Below are positions 1 to 10,779 of a DNA stretch of 64,000 bases, piece by piece (the stretch's first letter is position 1; each line of letters opens with the position of its first letter). The translations under genes were made by a program, and so were the position numbers. The DNA comes from an uncultured delta proteobacterium (GTDB taxonomy: Bacteria; Myxococcota_A; Polyangia; Polyangiales; Polyangiaceae): the NCBI GenBank assembly GCA_963716725.1, contig CAVQUB010000020.1:197040-261039 (forward strand). The letters are read 5' to 3'. The notes beneath the pieces were generated by a model that did no database searches, was not told where the DNA came from, and was given only the letters and a program-made list of their open reading frames with translations.

Positions 1-609
1 CCGCGCAATACCAAAGTCGGCGATCTTGAACAGCTCGTCGTGTCCGAAGCCGCAACACAGCACGTTGTGCGGCGACAAATCGCGATGCACGACCCCGACC
101 TCGTGGATCGCCTCGAGCCCGCTAGCAAGACAGGTCAGCGCGAGTTCCGCACGCTCGGGATCGAAGGCAACCCCGGTCTGCTCGACGCTGAAGGCGACGC
201 GATCTTCGAGGGTGGTGCCTTCGGCGCCTCCGTGCACGTATTCGAGAGCGAGCCAGGGCAGCCGCAGCTCGACGCCGCCTTGCTGGACGTCGATGACGTC
301 GCTGGCGAGCATGCGGACTACGAAGGGAGTCGGCGGCACGCGCTCGTTCAGGCGGCCCAGCGCCACCGTCTCCTTCTCGACCGCGAGAGTCGCCAGGTCA
401 CCGGCCACGCGCATCAGGCTCGGACGCACCAGCTTGAGCACCACCGGGGCCTCGCCGTCGGGCGCCCGCCGGATCGCAAAAAACGCGATGGAGTAGCTGC
501 CAGCCCCCACCATGCGCTCGATCACGTACTCGACCTCGGGCTGCGCGGCCGCGCGCACGGAGACTCCCTCGAGCCCGCGCAGGTGGTCGTCGTCGGGCGC
601 GAGAAACAT
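1..609 (-). CDS. Ser/Thr protein kinase, N-terminal part (runs off left edge; absent from ORF track)
   Basis: Manual minus-strand translation from ATG at 609 gives MFLAPDDDH...VGAGSYSIAF...VVLKLV...GVVHRDLSPHNVL...KIADFGIAR, containing the Gly loop, VAIK-like Lys, HRD and DFG motifs. Confidence 0.9.
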   Translation of the reverse strand, partial: MFLAPDDDHLRGLEGVSVRAAAQPEVEYVIERMVGAGSYSIAFFAIRRAPDGEAPVVLKLVRPSLMRVAGDLATLAVEKETVALGRLNERVPPTPFVVRMLASDVIDVQQGGVELRLPWLALEYVHGGAEGTTLEDRVAFSVEQTGVAFDPERAELALTCLASGLEAIHEVGVVHRDLSPHNVLCCGFGHDELFKIADFGIAR

Positions 610-712
610 GATCGGTCGCAGTATAGTTCGACCGCGGCCAGCCCGGGCGATTGGGGTCGGCGCGTGGGCGCGATCGGCCGGATTCCTCCGGACGCGCCGG
701 GTCGGGACGGGC

Positions 713-1951
713 TCAGGCCGCGCGGACCATGGCGGCCAGCCGCTCGATGGCGCGCTCCATGGTGGCGAGCGATGGACCGAACGAGAAGCGCACGTGGTGG
801 CGGAAACGAGACGGGCGTGTGGTGCGACGACCACCCGGGTCGACGTCGAAGAACTCGCCGGGCACCACGATCACCTTGTGCTCCAGCGCCTTCCGGAAGA
901 AGTCGTGGCCGTTCCGGATGGACTCCGGGAGTCCGGACAGATCACCCCAGATGTAGAAGGTGCCTCGAGGCTCGGCGTCGAAGCGCACGCCGATGGCGCG
1001 GAGCCCCTCCAGAAGGCGCGTGCGCTTCTGACCGAAGGCGCGATGAATGGCCGCGCACTCGGCCAGGGCGTTGTCGGCCCGCACGAAGCGTTCGGCCGCG
1101 CGCTGAAGCGGCCTGGAGCCGCCGCCGTCGAGGAACGAGCCCGCGCTGGCCACCGCGTCGATCACACGCTTCGGCCCGACGATCCAGGTGATCCGCCAGC
1201 CGGGGTAGCGCCAGTTCTTGGTCAACCCGTCGAAGATCACCACCGGATCTCGTTCGACGTCTTCGACGTAGCGCGCGGCGCTGACCGTCCGGGGCGAGTC
1301 GCCCCAGATGTAGTGCAGTAGAACTCGTCGAGCGAGGAGCGTGCAGTCGAGCTCGCGCGCCGCCGCGACCCAGCCCGCGAGCTCGTCGCCCTCGATCAGC
1401 TTGCCGGTCGGGTTGCAGGGGTTCGAGCATCAGGATGGCGCCGAGACCGCGCCCGAGGATCTCGCGCCGCAGCTCGGCGACCGAGAAGCGGTAGCCCTGC
1501 TCGGGGTCGAGCAGGATCGGGATGGGCGTGAAGCGCCGAAAGACGTCGAGCAGCTCTTCGTAGGCGGTGTAGTCGGGCAGGAAGTGGCCGAGGTGGACCG
1601 GTCCCGACCGCCGCACAGGCGCGCATGAGCGCCACGCGCCCGCCGCCGGAGATGGCGACGTTCTCGGCGCTGTACTGCGACGGCATGCCGCGACGGTAGA
1701 GCTCGTTGTAGAGGCCGGCGACCGCCTCGCGCAGCTCCCAGAGCCCGGCGACCGGCGCGTACTCTTGGTCGGCAACGTCGATCTCGACGTGCGCGACTCG
1801 GGGCGGACCGCCCTCGAGCGGCCCCGTCTCGGGCATGCCCTGACCGAGGTTGCACCAGTCGGGGTCCTCTGTGCGAGTAGCCGAGTCGCTGGGCTTCGGT
1901 CGTCACGTAGATCACGCCGGTGCGCGGGACGGGACGAATGGCGTTGAGCAT
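713..1951 (-). CDS. PLP-dependent aminotransferase class I/II, split by several frameshifts
   Basis: Consecutive fragments in different frames: MLNAIRPVPRTGVIYV, EYAPVAGLWELREAVA, HFLPDYTAYEELL, DGLTKNWRYPGWR (PLP Lys), VPGEFF, HVRFSF. Confidence 0.85.
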
Positions 1952-2035
1952 GAGCGCCGGACCATAGTGTCGGGGGATCCATCGGTCAAACACCCGGAGC
2001 CGGCGCGGCGAGGGTGCTGCGCGAGCAACGTCGAG

Positions 2036-3289
2036 CTAGGGCGCGCTCTTGGCCTGCCGCCAGATCTCCGCGAGGCTCGGGCGGGCGCCGCTGAGCAAGA
2101 GCCCCACGCGGAACAGGCGGGACGCGATCCGCACCGCCGCCCAGGTCGACAGCACCAGCACGGCCAGCGACCCGGCGACCTCCCAGAGGGAGATCGCGGC
2201 AGGGTCGAGTGACAGTCGCAGAACCAGGGTGGCTGGCGCCGAAAACGGGATCCACGTGAGCACGTGTGCGACGACGCCGTGGGGCTCGCTGAGCATCACG
2301 GGCACGAACATCAGGGGCAAAGTGGCCAGGAAAGCCCAGAACATGCCGAGTTGTTGGCTCTCGCGCACGTTGCCGCCAAACGAACCGGTGCCCAGCATCA
2401 GGCTCCCGAGGAAGGCGTAGGCGGTGATGAAGAGCAGGGGGGCTATCGCCACCGCTTGCCACGAGATCTCCACGTGGAGCGGTTCCATCAGCTGAGCAAA
2501 TCCGAAGCGCACGCCGAGGCTCATCGAGAGCCAGACGAGCACCTGCAAGAGCCCGGCTCCACCGAGCCCCAGTAGCTTGCCAGTCATGATCTCGTCGGCG
2601 CTGACGCTCGAGAGCAGGACTTCCACGACCTTGTTTTCTTTCTCGGTCGCAGTGGCCTGAATGAGATAGCTGCCGCTCATCAAGATCGACGTGAAGAGCA
2701 AGAACATGAACCCGATGGGAAGCACCAGGCGGCCGATGAACGCCTCGGCGCCTTCGGCCTCGGACTGGCCGTCGCCATCGACGCGAAATGCCTCCCGACC
2801 CGCGATGGGTTTCAGGAGCCGCGCGGCAATCCTCGGCTCGACCCGAGTTCCGAGCAAGCGCGTGCGCAAGAGTTCGTTCAGCTCGTCGCGGCCCTCCCAC
2901 GGACCGAGCGAGCCACTGGGGCCGGAGTGGGCGAGCACGCGACCGCTGTCGAGGTAGTCCTGGGGAATCACGAAGTAGCTCTTGATGGCGCGGTCGTCGA
3001 CCAGGGCTCGCCGCGCCTGCGGCTCGTCGGAGAAGCAGCGGAAGCCGGCGGCACGAACCACGACGACGTCACCGTCGGCCAGCCCGAGCAGCGCAGCGCG
3101 ATCGACGACGCCGTACAAACGCGGAGTTGCTTCTTGGTCTTTGGCGAGTTTCGCCGGAATCAGCGCCAGGCCAGCGTAGAGCACGGCGAACACGGGCATG
3201 CCGAGAGTCACGATCAGGTAGCCCAGCCGGCGCACGGTGGACGAGAGCTCGAACCAAGCGACCGTGCGCACCTTGCCCCACTGCATCAT
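2036..3289 (-). CDS. ABC-2 type transporter permease (NatB-like)
   Basis: Multi-TM protein with EKENKVVEVLLSSVS and IMTGKLLG motifs; overlaps the upstream ATPase gene. Confidence 0.85.
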   Translation of the reverse strand: MMQWGKVRTVAWFELSSTVRRLGYLIVTLGMPVFAVLYAGLALIPAKLAKDQEATPRLYGVVDRAALLGLADGDVVVVRAAGFRCFSDEPQARRALVDDRAIKSYFVIPQDYLDSGRVLAHSGPSGSLGPWEGRDELNELLRTRLLGTRVEPRIAARLLKPIAGREAFRVDGDGQSEAEGAEAFIGRLVLPIGFMFLLFTSILMSGSYLIQATATEKENKVVEVLLSSVSADEIMTGKLLGLGGAGLLQVLVWLSMSLGVRFGFAQLMEPLHVEISWQAVAIAPLLFITAYAFLGSLMLGTGSFGGNVRESQQLGMFWAFLATLPLMFVPVMLSEPHGVVAHVLTWIPFSAPATLVLRLSLDPAAISLWEVAGSLAVLVLSTWAAVRIASRLFRVGLLLSGARPSLAEIWRQAKSAP

Positions 3290-4194
3290 CCGCGCTCCTC
3301 CCCGTGTTTCACCACGCGGATGAAGATGTCTTCCATCGACGCCAAGACTCGCTCGTAGCGCTCGACGCCAACGCCGGCTGCCAAGAGACCTTCGAGCACC
3401 CGCTGCGGGTCGACTCCGTCGTTCAACATCAGGCGGTGTGTGCCGGGCCGTTCCGTGATCACGCGCTCGACCTGCGGCAGGTCCGGCAGCTCGCCGGCGA
3501 TGCTGATCCGAAGCTCGGATGCGCTGTAGCGACGGCGCACTTCGTTCACCTCGCCGTACACCACCAGCTTGCCTTCGGAGAGCAGTGCGACTCGATCACA
3601 GAGCGTTTCGACCATGCTCATCTGATGGGTCGAGAGGATGGTCGTACGTCCCGATGCGCGAATTTCTCCGATCAAGTCCCGGACGAGAGCGGTATTGACG
3701 GGGTCGAGCCCGGAGAAGGGCTCGTCGAGCACGCAGAGCTCGGGTTCGGAGAGCAATGTGGCGGCGATCTGCACCTTTTGGCTCATGCCCTTGCTGAGGC
3801 GCTCAACCTGCTGATTCTCCACCGAAGACAGCCCAATGCGCTCGAGCCAAGTCCGCGCTCGCGCACGAGCCTCCGACGCGCCCAGACCCTTGAGCTTGCC
3901 GAAGTAGACCATCACGTCGATCACCTTCTGCTTGGTGTAGAGCCCGCGTTCCTCGGGCAGGTAAGCCAGCCGGTTCGAGTGCTCGCGCCCAAGCGGCTCT
4001 CCGAAGAGCCTCATCGTGCCGCTGTCGGCGCGCACGATGTCCATCAAGATGCGAATGCCCGTGGTCTTGCCCGCGCCATTGGGCCCGAGCAGGCCGAAGA
4101 CCTCCCCGGCGAACACCTCGAAAGAGACCCCGGACAGAGCGATCTTGTCGCCGTAGCGCTTCCAGACGTCTTCGAAGACCAAGACCGCGGTCAC
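3286..4194 (-). CDS. ABC transporter ATP-binding protein
   Basis: Walker A GPNGAGKTT, signature LSKGM, Walker B VLDEPFSGLDP. Confidence 0.95.
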   Translation of the reverse strand: MTAVLVFEDVWKRYGDKIALSGVSFEVFAGEVFGLLGPNGAGKTTGIRILMDIVRADSGTMRLFGEPLGREHSNRLAYLPEERGLYTKQKVIDVMVYFGKLKGLGASEARARARTWLERIGLSSVENQQVERLSKGMSQKVQIAATLLSEPELCVLDEPFSGLDPVNTALVRDLIGEIRASGRTTILSTHQMSMVETLCDRVALLSEGKLVVYGEVNEVRRRYSASELRISIAGELPDLPQVERVITERPGTHRLMLNDGVDPQRVLEGLLAAGVGVERYERVLASMEDIFIRVVKHGEERG

Positions 4195-4871
4195 GGCGGC
4201 GGCAGGACCGTGACGCTCACCCGCGAGCGTGCGTTCTGGAAAAACGAGCCCAGCGCGGAGGTCAAGCGTTTGCCGACGTACCAGCGACGGAGCGACGGCT
4301 CCACCTCTTCGTAGGGGTTATCTCGGAAGGGAGTCTGCGCGGAGCGGTGGATGTTGCGAAGCTCGGCGTCGCTCGGCGTCAGCATGGGTGTGACCATGCG
4401 GTCGAGGTAGAGGCTGGAGCGGGACTGCCGCCGCAAGATGCTGGTGAGTTCGCGGCTGTCGATGCCTTCGGCGCGCGCCGCCTGCTCGACGGCCAGCGCT
4501 CCACCGGCGCGGGCATAGAGCATGCGTCGGGCGGCGTCGGTCTGTCGTGCCAGATCGCGTTCGGTGGGCTCCGGATCGATGCGCAAACTCGAGAGCAGCG
4601 TCTCCGCGATGTGGCGCTCGAGGGCGGAGCGCACATGGCGCTCGCGGTAGGGGCGGTCGTCGCGCGGCGCCGCGCGGTCCGGATCCGCCAGGGCCTCGAC
4701 GCGTGCTTCGAAGGCGAGGGTGCGTTCGAAAATGAAGCGCGGTGTCCGCACTCCGCCGGTCTCTGGCGCGCTGAATCGCACCACCGCGCGGTCGAGCACG
4801 ACGCGCTCCGCGCGTGCCGCTGGACAGACCGTCAGCGCCAGCGCGAAGGCGGCGAGCCCTTGCCAGTTCAT
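4191..4871 (-). CDS. Exported hypothetical protein (possibly SurA N-domain-like)
   Basis: Signal peptide followed by VVLDRAVVRF; 4-bp overlaps with both neighbours. Confidence 0.6.
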   Translation of the reverse strand: MNWQGLAAFALALTVCPAARAERVVLDRAVVRFSAPETGGVRTPRFIFERTLAFEARVEALADPDRAAPRDDRPYRERHVRSALERHIAETLLSSLRIDPEPTERDLARQTDAARRMLYARAGGALAVEQAARAEGIDSRELTSILRRQSRSSLYLDRMVTPMLTPSDAELRNIHRSAQTPFRDNPYEEVEPSLRRWYVGKRLTSALGSFFQNARSRVSVTVLPPP

Positions 4872-5629
4872 CGGGCCAGCGTGTCCGGGACCGGCGACGG
4901 TGGCCCGTCGTCTCGTGGCGGCGTCTCGGGCGACGCTTCCGAGTCGGCAGGTTCCTCGCCGTCCACTTGCGCGTCACGGTGGTGGGTGAACGAGCGGGCC
5001 GCGCGCCTGGCCTTCACGAACTCGGCAAAGGCCAGCACCTTGTCGAGCTCCCGCATGCCGAGGGACTCGATCACGTCGCGCACTTGTCGGCGCAGCGCGT
5101 CGGCGCTGCGCGCGCGACGACCACTGAGCTGGTCCTGGGAAATGGGCGGGGTTTCCGGCGTTCCTTCCGGTGCCGGGGCCACGACGATGGGGCGCGCCAC
5201 CGGGCTCAGCGCGTGGGCCTCGAGCCACGCTTCCATGAACACCCGCAGGCGCTCGCTGCGGAACGCGAACCATCGCTCGCGCTCCGGGCCGTGCGACATG
5301 AGCACGTCCTTGAAGCGCCGAAACGCACCCTTGCCGTCGATGGCCTGGGTCAGCCGATCTCGAAGCTCGGCGTCATCCACCATGGGGATGTAGCGCTCCA
5401 TCCAGCGATACTGCTCCCGCGAGCTCACCGGTTCGATGCGCAGGTAGACGGCGTCGGACGCGATACGGGTGTGCATGTCCGGATCGGCGATGCCATCCAC
5501 GACCCTGAGCACCTCGCCCGTCGACAGGTGCAGATAGCTGTGCACCTCGGGCGCGTTGTTCTCGAACGCGTCCTCGAGTGCTTCCCAATCGACCGGGACT
5601 TCCCGAATCGGCTTTGTGTCATCCACCAT
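4868..5629 (-). CDS. UPF0158 family protein
   Basis: YLHLSTGEV, SSREQYRWMERY, AIDGKGAFRRFKDVL, ERERWFAF motifs. Confidence 0.85.
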   Translation of the reverse strand: MVDDTKPIREVPVDWEALEDAFENNAPEVHSYLHLSTGEVLRVVDGIADPDMHTRIASDAVYLRIEPVSSREQYRWMERYIPMVDDAELRDRLTQAIDGKGAFRRFKDVLMSHGPERERWFAFRSERLRVFMEAWLEAHALSPVARPIVVAPAPEGTPETPPISQDQLSGRRARSADALRRQVRDVIESLGMRELDKVLAFAEFVKARRAARSFTHHRDAQVDGEEPADSEASPETPPRDDGPPSPVPDTLAR

Positions 5630-5675
5630 CGACTTCGTTCCTCGACTTAGAAATCCGCCAACGCTTGCTCTCGAC

Positions 5676-7177
5676 TCACACGCTCCGGGACCGACGCACC
5701 GCGTCGCGCCACCCGGCGAGCCGTTCGGACCGTACAGCTTCGGCCATCGAAGGTTGAAACGTCCGGTCCACCGTGATCATTTGGCTGGCGTCGGCGCCGG
5801 TACGGAAGAGCCCGGCACCGATGCCCGCCAACATGGCGGCGCCACGCGCCGTGGACTCCAGCTCGCTGGGGCGCTCGACCACCAGGTTCCCGACGTCGCT
5901 CTGGAACTGCATCAGCAGGTCGTTGGCGGCGGCCCCGCCGTCGACGCGCATCCGGCCGAGGGGCTCGCCCAGATCGGCAGCCATGGCGCCCAGCAGATCG
6001 TTGACGGAGAGCGCGATGCCCTCGAGCGTGGCTCGCGCCAGGTGGGCTCGTGTGGAGCCGCGGGTCAGCCCGCAGATCAGGCCTCGAGCCCCGGGATCCC
6101 AGTAGGGGGCCCCGAGCCCGGAGAGCGCCGGCACGAAGCTGACGCCGTCGCTCGAATCCACCGATGCTGCGAGGGTTTCGACCTCGCTCGCGCTGGCGAT
6201 CAGGCCCAAGCCGTCCCGCAGCCACTGCACCGCAGCGCCGGCGATGAACGAGCTGCCTTCGAGCGCGTAGACTACGTCAGGACCGATCTGCCAGCCCACG
6301 GTCGAGAGCAGCCCCGACCGGCTGACGACCGGCTGACTGCCGGCGTTCACCAGGACGAACGCACCGGTGCCGTAGGTACACTTGGCGTCCCCGACCCCGA
6401 AGCACGCCTGCCCGAACAGCGCCGCCTGCTGATCGCCGGCCATGCCTGCGATCACGATTCCGTCGGGCAAGGCCAGGCATGCCGTGGGTTCGCGCGATTT
6501 CTCCGGCCGTCGGTACAATCTTGGGCAGCACGGTCGGAGGCACCCGCAACAGCTCGCACATGGCGGGATCCCAAGCGCGCCGGGCGAGGTCCATGAGCAG
6601 GGTACGCGAGGCGTTGGACACCTCGGTCACGTGGGGCGCGGAGGCCGAACTGCCACCCGCGAGCCGGTGTACCAGGAACGAGTCGATGGTCCCGAAGGCG
6701 AGCTCGCCCTGGTTCGCTCGAGCACGCGCGCCATCCACGTTATCGAGCAGCCACTCGAGCTTGGTCCCGGAGAAGTACGGGTCGAGGACCAGCCCGGTCG
6801 TCTCGCGCACGCGCGCCTCGTGGCCTCGGCCTTTGAGTTCCGCGCAGCGATCGGCGGTGCGCCGGTCCTGCCACACGATGGCCCGGTGGATGGCGCGGCC
6901 GGTCGCACGCTCCCACACCACGGTGGTCTCGCGCTGGTTGGTGATTCCGATCGCGCCGATCTGGTCGCCCCGGACGGCTGCGCTCGAGATGGCCTCACAA
7001 ACGGAATCGACCACGCTCTCCCAGATCTCGTCGGGCTCGTGCTCGACCCAGCCCGGTTTCGGGAAAATGTTGAGCGAACTCGCGGTTGGCCCGACCGAGC
7101 GTCCGACCGTGGGTATCCATCACGAGCGCGGTCGAGCCCGTGGTCCCTTGATCGATGGCGAGGATGTGCGCGCTCAC
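5676..7177 (-). CDS. glpK: Glycerol kinase (frameshifts near 7070 and 6480)
   Basis: [63 protein letters not shown] spread across three frames. Confidence 0.93.
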
Positions 7178-7311
7178 TGCCCCGCAGACTATCAGGCCCC
7201 AGCCCGCGGGCTCAAACCGGCCCATCCGCGCGGGCCACAGCCGGCAATTCTCGGGAAACCCCGGGCGCGCTTGTCCCCGCCGAACGAGGACGGTAGCCTT
7301 CGTCGTCGAGT

Positions 7312-9222
7312 ATGCCGCGCTTGCTTCTTGCCACGCCGGAAGGCCAACAGGTGGTCGAGCTGCGCGCGTTCAACTCACTGGGCCGTCATCCGAGCAATAC
7401 CATCCAGCTCCTCGACAAGATCGTGTCGAAGGAGCACTGCATCGTGGAACGGCGCGGCAACGAATTCGTGCTGCGCGATCTGGGCAGCTTGAACGGCACC
7501 TACATCAACGGTGAGCGGGTCACGGTCGGCGGCGAGCAGATGCTCCGCCACGGCGACGACATCGCGCTCGGCAGCACCCGAGCTCGCTTCGACGACGGTT
7601 CCGGAAAGCCCGTGGCCCCACCGGTCTGGTCGCCGGCGCCCGCGACGCCCGGCGGCCCGGGTTCCCCCCCGATGGTGGCGGCGCCACCCCCGGCCTGGCA
7701 GCCCGCCGCCCCAGTCCAGCAGCCGAGTCTCCCGCCCGCGTCGCACCAACGCCCGGTGCCAATGAGCGCGGTGCCCGCGACGACGCCAGCAACGCCCGGA
7801 ATGGTGCCGCAGCTTCCCCTCTCGCTTCCGGGCCCCGGCAGCGTGACGTCACCGGGCCAATACCAAGCCTACAACCGCACCCCGACCCTCGACGACCCCG
7901 AGGCCCACGCGCTGCCGCCGCTGAATGCGACGCGCGTCAACATGAATGACCAGTCGCGCGCCATCGGCACCCAGATCGCCGCGACACAAAAGGGGTTTCT
8001 CCCTTACGACCAGCTCGCCGGCGAACAGCCCCCAGCTCCACGCCGACTACGAGCGACTCCGCCTCTCTCACGAGCTGTCGCGCGAGATCGCCCTCGAGCG
8101 CGACCTTCGGTCCTGCTCAACAAGATCCTGCTCACGATCTTCAAGTTCGTACGCGCGGATCGCGGGGTCATTTTCCTTCGCGACTCCTCGGGAGAACTGC
8201 GCCCGGGCGCCAGCCTCCGGCGCGACGGTACCGACTCGCCGATCAGCGTCTCCTCCACGATCCTGAACCACGTGATCAAGGAGCGCGCGACGGTGCTCAC
8301 CCACGACGCCGCCATGGACTTCGCGGCGTCCAAGGGCAAGAGCATGATCCTGAACCGGATCAGCTCGGCCATCGTGGTGCCGCTGCTGCACAACGACGAC
8401 ATCCTCGGCGTGCTGTGGCTCGACACCGAGTCGCTCGCGCAGTTCCAACCGAAGGACCTGGAGATCGTCACGGCCGTCGCCGCGCAGGCCGCGATGTTCA
8501 TCGAGATCAACATCCTCGGCAAGAAGATCGAGCAAGAGATCATCACCCGCGAGCGCTTCAGCCGCTTGCTCTCGCCGAACATCGCCGAGCGAGTGCTGTC
8601 CGGCGAGCTCGAGGTCAACAAGGGCGGCCAGCTCGTCGCCGAGTGCACGGTGTTCAACTCCGACATCCGCGGCTTCACGCGCATGAGCGAGGGAACGCAG
8701 CCAGAGATCATCGTCGAGATGCTGAACGAGTACTTCGAGCTGATGGTCGAGACGTTGTTCAAGTACGAAGGCACTCTCGACAAGTTCATGGGCGACGGCA
8801 TCATGGCGCTGTGGGGAGCGCCGGTGGTTCACCCGGACGATCCGACCCGCTCGGTTGCTTGCGCCATCGAGCAGATGGAGGTGCTCGGGCGCTTCAACCG
8901 CGCCCGAGTCGGCGCGAACCTTCCGCCGCTCGGCGTCGGCATCGGCATCCACACCGGACCCCTGGTCGCCGGCTACATCGGCAGCTCGCTCGCGCTCTCC
9001 TACACCGTCATCGGCGACGTCGCGAACACCAGCGCGCGACTGTGTGGCGTCGCGGCGGCCGGGCAGATCCTCGTGAGCGAGCAGACCCTGGGGCGACTCA
9101 GCGAGAAATTCGAGTACGAGGAACTGCCGCCGGCCCAGCTCAAGGGCAAGGGCAGGCCCTTCCGCATCTTCAACGTCCTGGGTCGCGCGACTGCCGTGCA
9201 AGTCCCGGCCTCGGTCGGATGA
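7312..9222 (+). CDS. FHA-GAF-class III adenylate/guanylate cyclase
   Basis: FHA motifs [21 protein letters not shown]; Pro-rich linker; GAF; cyclase motifs [31 protein letters not shown]. Apparent compensated frameshift at about 8020-8110. Confidence 0.9.
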   Translation: MPRLLLATPEGQQVVELRAFNSLGRHPSNTIQLLDKIVSKEHCIVERRGNEFVLRDLGSLNGTYINGERVTVGGEQMLRHGDDIALGSTRARFDDGSGKPVAPPVWSPAPATPGGPGSPPMVAAPPPAWQPAAPVQQPSLPPASHQRPVPMSAVPATTPATPGMVPQLPLSLPGPGSVTSPGQYQAYNRTPTLDDPEAHALPPLNATRVNMNDQSRAIGTQIAATQKGFLPYDQLAGEQPPAPRRLRATPPLSRAVARDRPRARPSVLLNKILLTIFKFVRADRGVIFLRDSSGELRPGASLRRDGTDSPISVSSTILNHVIKERATVLTHDAAMDFAASKGKSMILNRISSAIVVPLLHNDDILGVLWLDTESLAQFQPKDLEIVTAVAAQAAMFIEINILGKKIEQEIITRERFSRLLSPNIAERVLSGELEVNKGGQLVAECTVFNSDIRGFTRMSEGTQPEIIVEMLNEYFELMVETLFKYEGTLDKFMGDGIMALWGAPVVHPDDPTRSVACAIEQMEVLGRFNRARVGANLPPLGVGIGIHTGPLVAGYIGSSLALSYTVIGDVANTSARLCGVAAAGQILVSEQTLGRLSEKFEYEELPPAQLKGKGRPFRIFNVLGRATAVQVPASVG

Positions 9223-9719
9223 GGGTCGGGGTCTACGCAGCCGCCTTCGCGATCTCGCTCGGCGGTTGCGCCGGTGACAAGACCATGCCCGCGTCTGCGC
9301 CCAGCGCACTGGCAGGCAAACCACTCCCGACCTTCAGCCGCCGCACGCTGAGCGGCGAGAAGCTGGACACCAAGTCGCTGGTGGGTCGCGTGGTGGTGGT
9401 GAAGTTCTTCGCAGAGTACTGCGCGCCGTGCACCAAGACGCTGCCCGCAGCCCAAGCCCTCGCGGCAGAACACCCCGGCGTGGCCTTCATCGGCATCTCC
9501 GAGGACGAGCGTGCCTCGACCGCCGCGGAGCTCGTGGCGCGCCACGGTCTGAGCTTCCCAGTGATCCACGACGCGGGCCAGGTGCTGTGGGGCCGCTTCC
9601 GCGTTCGGGAGATGCCAGCCACCTTCGTGGCGGGCAAGGACGGCATCGTGCGCTGGGTCGGCGACGAGACCGCCGACGAAGCCACGCTGCGAGACGCCAT
9701 CGAAGTGGCGGCCAAGTGA
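9219..9719 (+). CDS. TlpA/ResA-like thioredoxin lipoprotein
   Basis: ATGA overlap with the cyclase, lipobox LGGC, redox motif FFAEYCAPC. Confidence 0.85.
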   Translation: MRVGVYAAAFAISLGGCAGDKTMPASAPSALAGKPLPTFSRRTLSGEKLDTKSLVGRVVVVKFFAEYCAPCTKTLPAAQALAAEHPGVAFIGISEDERASTAAELVARHGLSFPVIHDAGQVLWGRFRVREMPATFVAGKDGIVRWVGDETADEATLRDAIEVAAK

Positions 9720-9828
9720 GGGCAAAATCCCCGCCTGATGCGCCGCGTCGCGGGCTGGTCTGACCTGTTGGCGCCCAACACCCCTTGGCACGCGCCCCCC
9801 GCCTCTGCGAGTCTCCGCGCCCCTCCCC

Positions 9829-10779
9829 ATGGCCCACGTGCTCGCGTTCGAGAAACCGGTGGTCGAGCTGGTCTCGCGAGTGCGAGAGCTGCGCGAGCTG
9901 GCGAGCTCCGACGCTCGCCTGGCGCCCGAGCTCGCGCGCCTGGAGGAGAAGGCGGCCAAGCTCGCGCGCGAGATGTTCTCCCGGCTCGAGCCGATGCAGA
10001 AGGTGCAGCTGTCGCGGCACCCGAATCGTCCCTACACGCTGGACTACATCGCGCGCTTGTTCGACGACTTCGTGGAGCTCTCCGGCGACCGTTGCTTCGC
10101 CGAGGACGCGTCCATCGTCGGCGGCCTGGCGCGCTACCACGATCGCAGCGTGGTGCTGCTCGGCCACCAGAAGGGGCGCAGCACCAAAGAGAACATGGGC
10201 CGGAACTTCGGGATGCCGAACCCCGAAGGGTATCGTAAGGCGACTCGGCTCTACGAACTCGCGGATCGCTTCCGCCTACCCGTACTCGCCTTCGTCGACA
10301 CGCCAGGAGCGTACCCGGGGATAGAAGCCGAAGAGCGCGGGCAGGCCGAGGCCATCGCCCATGCGATCGAGGTCATGGCACGCATCGGCGTTCCAGTCGT
10401 GACGACGGTGATCGGCGAAGGCGGCTCCGGCGGTGCGCTGGCCCTCGGGATCGGAAACCGCGTCCTGATCCTCGAGTTCAGCTACTACTCGGTGATCTCG
10501 CCGGAGGGTTGCGCGGCCATCCTGTGGAAGGACGGCACGCTCGCACCGCGAGCCGCGGAGCGGCTGAAGATCACCGCGCCCGACCTGCTCGACCTGGGCT
10601 GCGTGGACGCCATCGTCGAAGAACCCCCGGGCGGTGCCCATCAGGACCACGACGACGCGGCTCGCCGCCTCGATCGCGCGCTGTGGGAAGCCCTGGTCTC
10701 GCTGGACGGACTGTCGCCCGACGAGCTCAGCGCGGACCGCTACCAGCGCTTTCGTCGGCTCGGGTCCTTCGTCGCCTGA
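9829..10779 (+). CDS. accA: Acetyl-CoA carboxylase carboxyltransferase alpha subunit
   Basis: RHPNRPYTLDYI, NFGMPNPEGYRKA, DTPGAYPG, GEGGSGGALA, YSVISPEGCAAIL. Confidence 0.97.
   Translation: MAHVLAFEKPVVELVSRVRELRELASSDARLAPELARLEEKAAKLAREMFSRLEPMQKVQLSRHPNRPYTLDYIARLFDDFVELSGDRCFAEDASIVGGLARYHDRSVVLLGHQKGRSTKENMGRNFGMPNPEGYRKATRLYELADRFRLPVLAFVDTPGAYPGIEAEERGQAEAIAHAIEVMARIGVPVVTTVIGEGGSGGALALGIGNRVLILEFSYYSVISPEGCAAILWKDGTLAPRAAERLKITAPDLLDLGCVDAIVEEPPGGAHQDHDDAARRLDRALWEALVSLDGLSPDELSADRYQRFRRLGSFVA

Noticed and set aside
40..1191. Long plus-strand ORFs here, and similar ones such as 26455..28563 and 38195..40447
   Set aside because: They are shadow ORFs of GC-rich genes on the other strand or in another frame, Arg/Ala/Pro-rich and without motifs.
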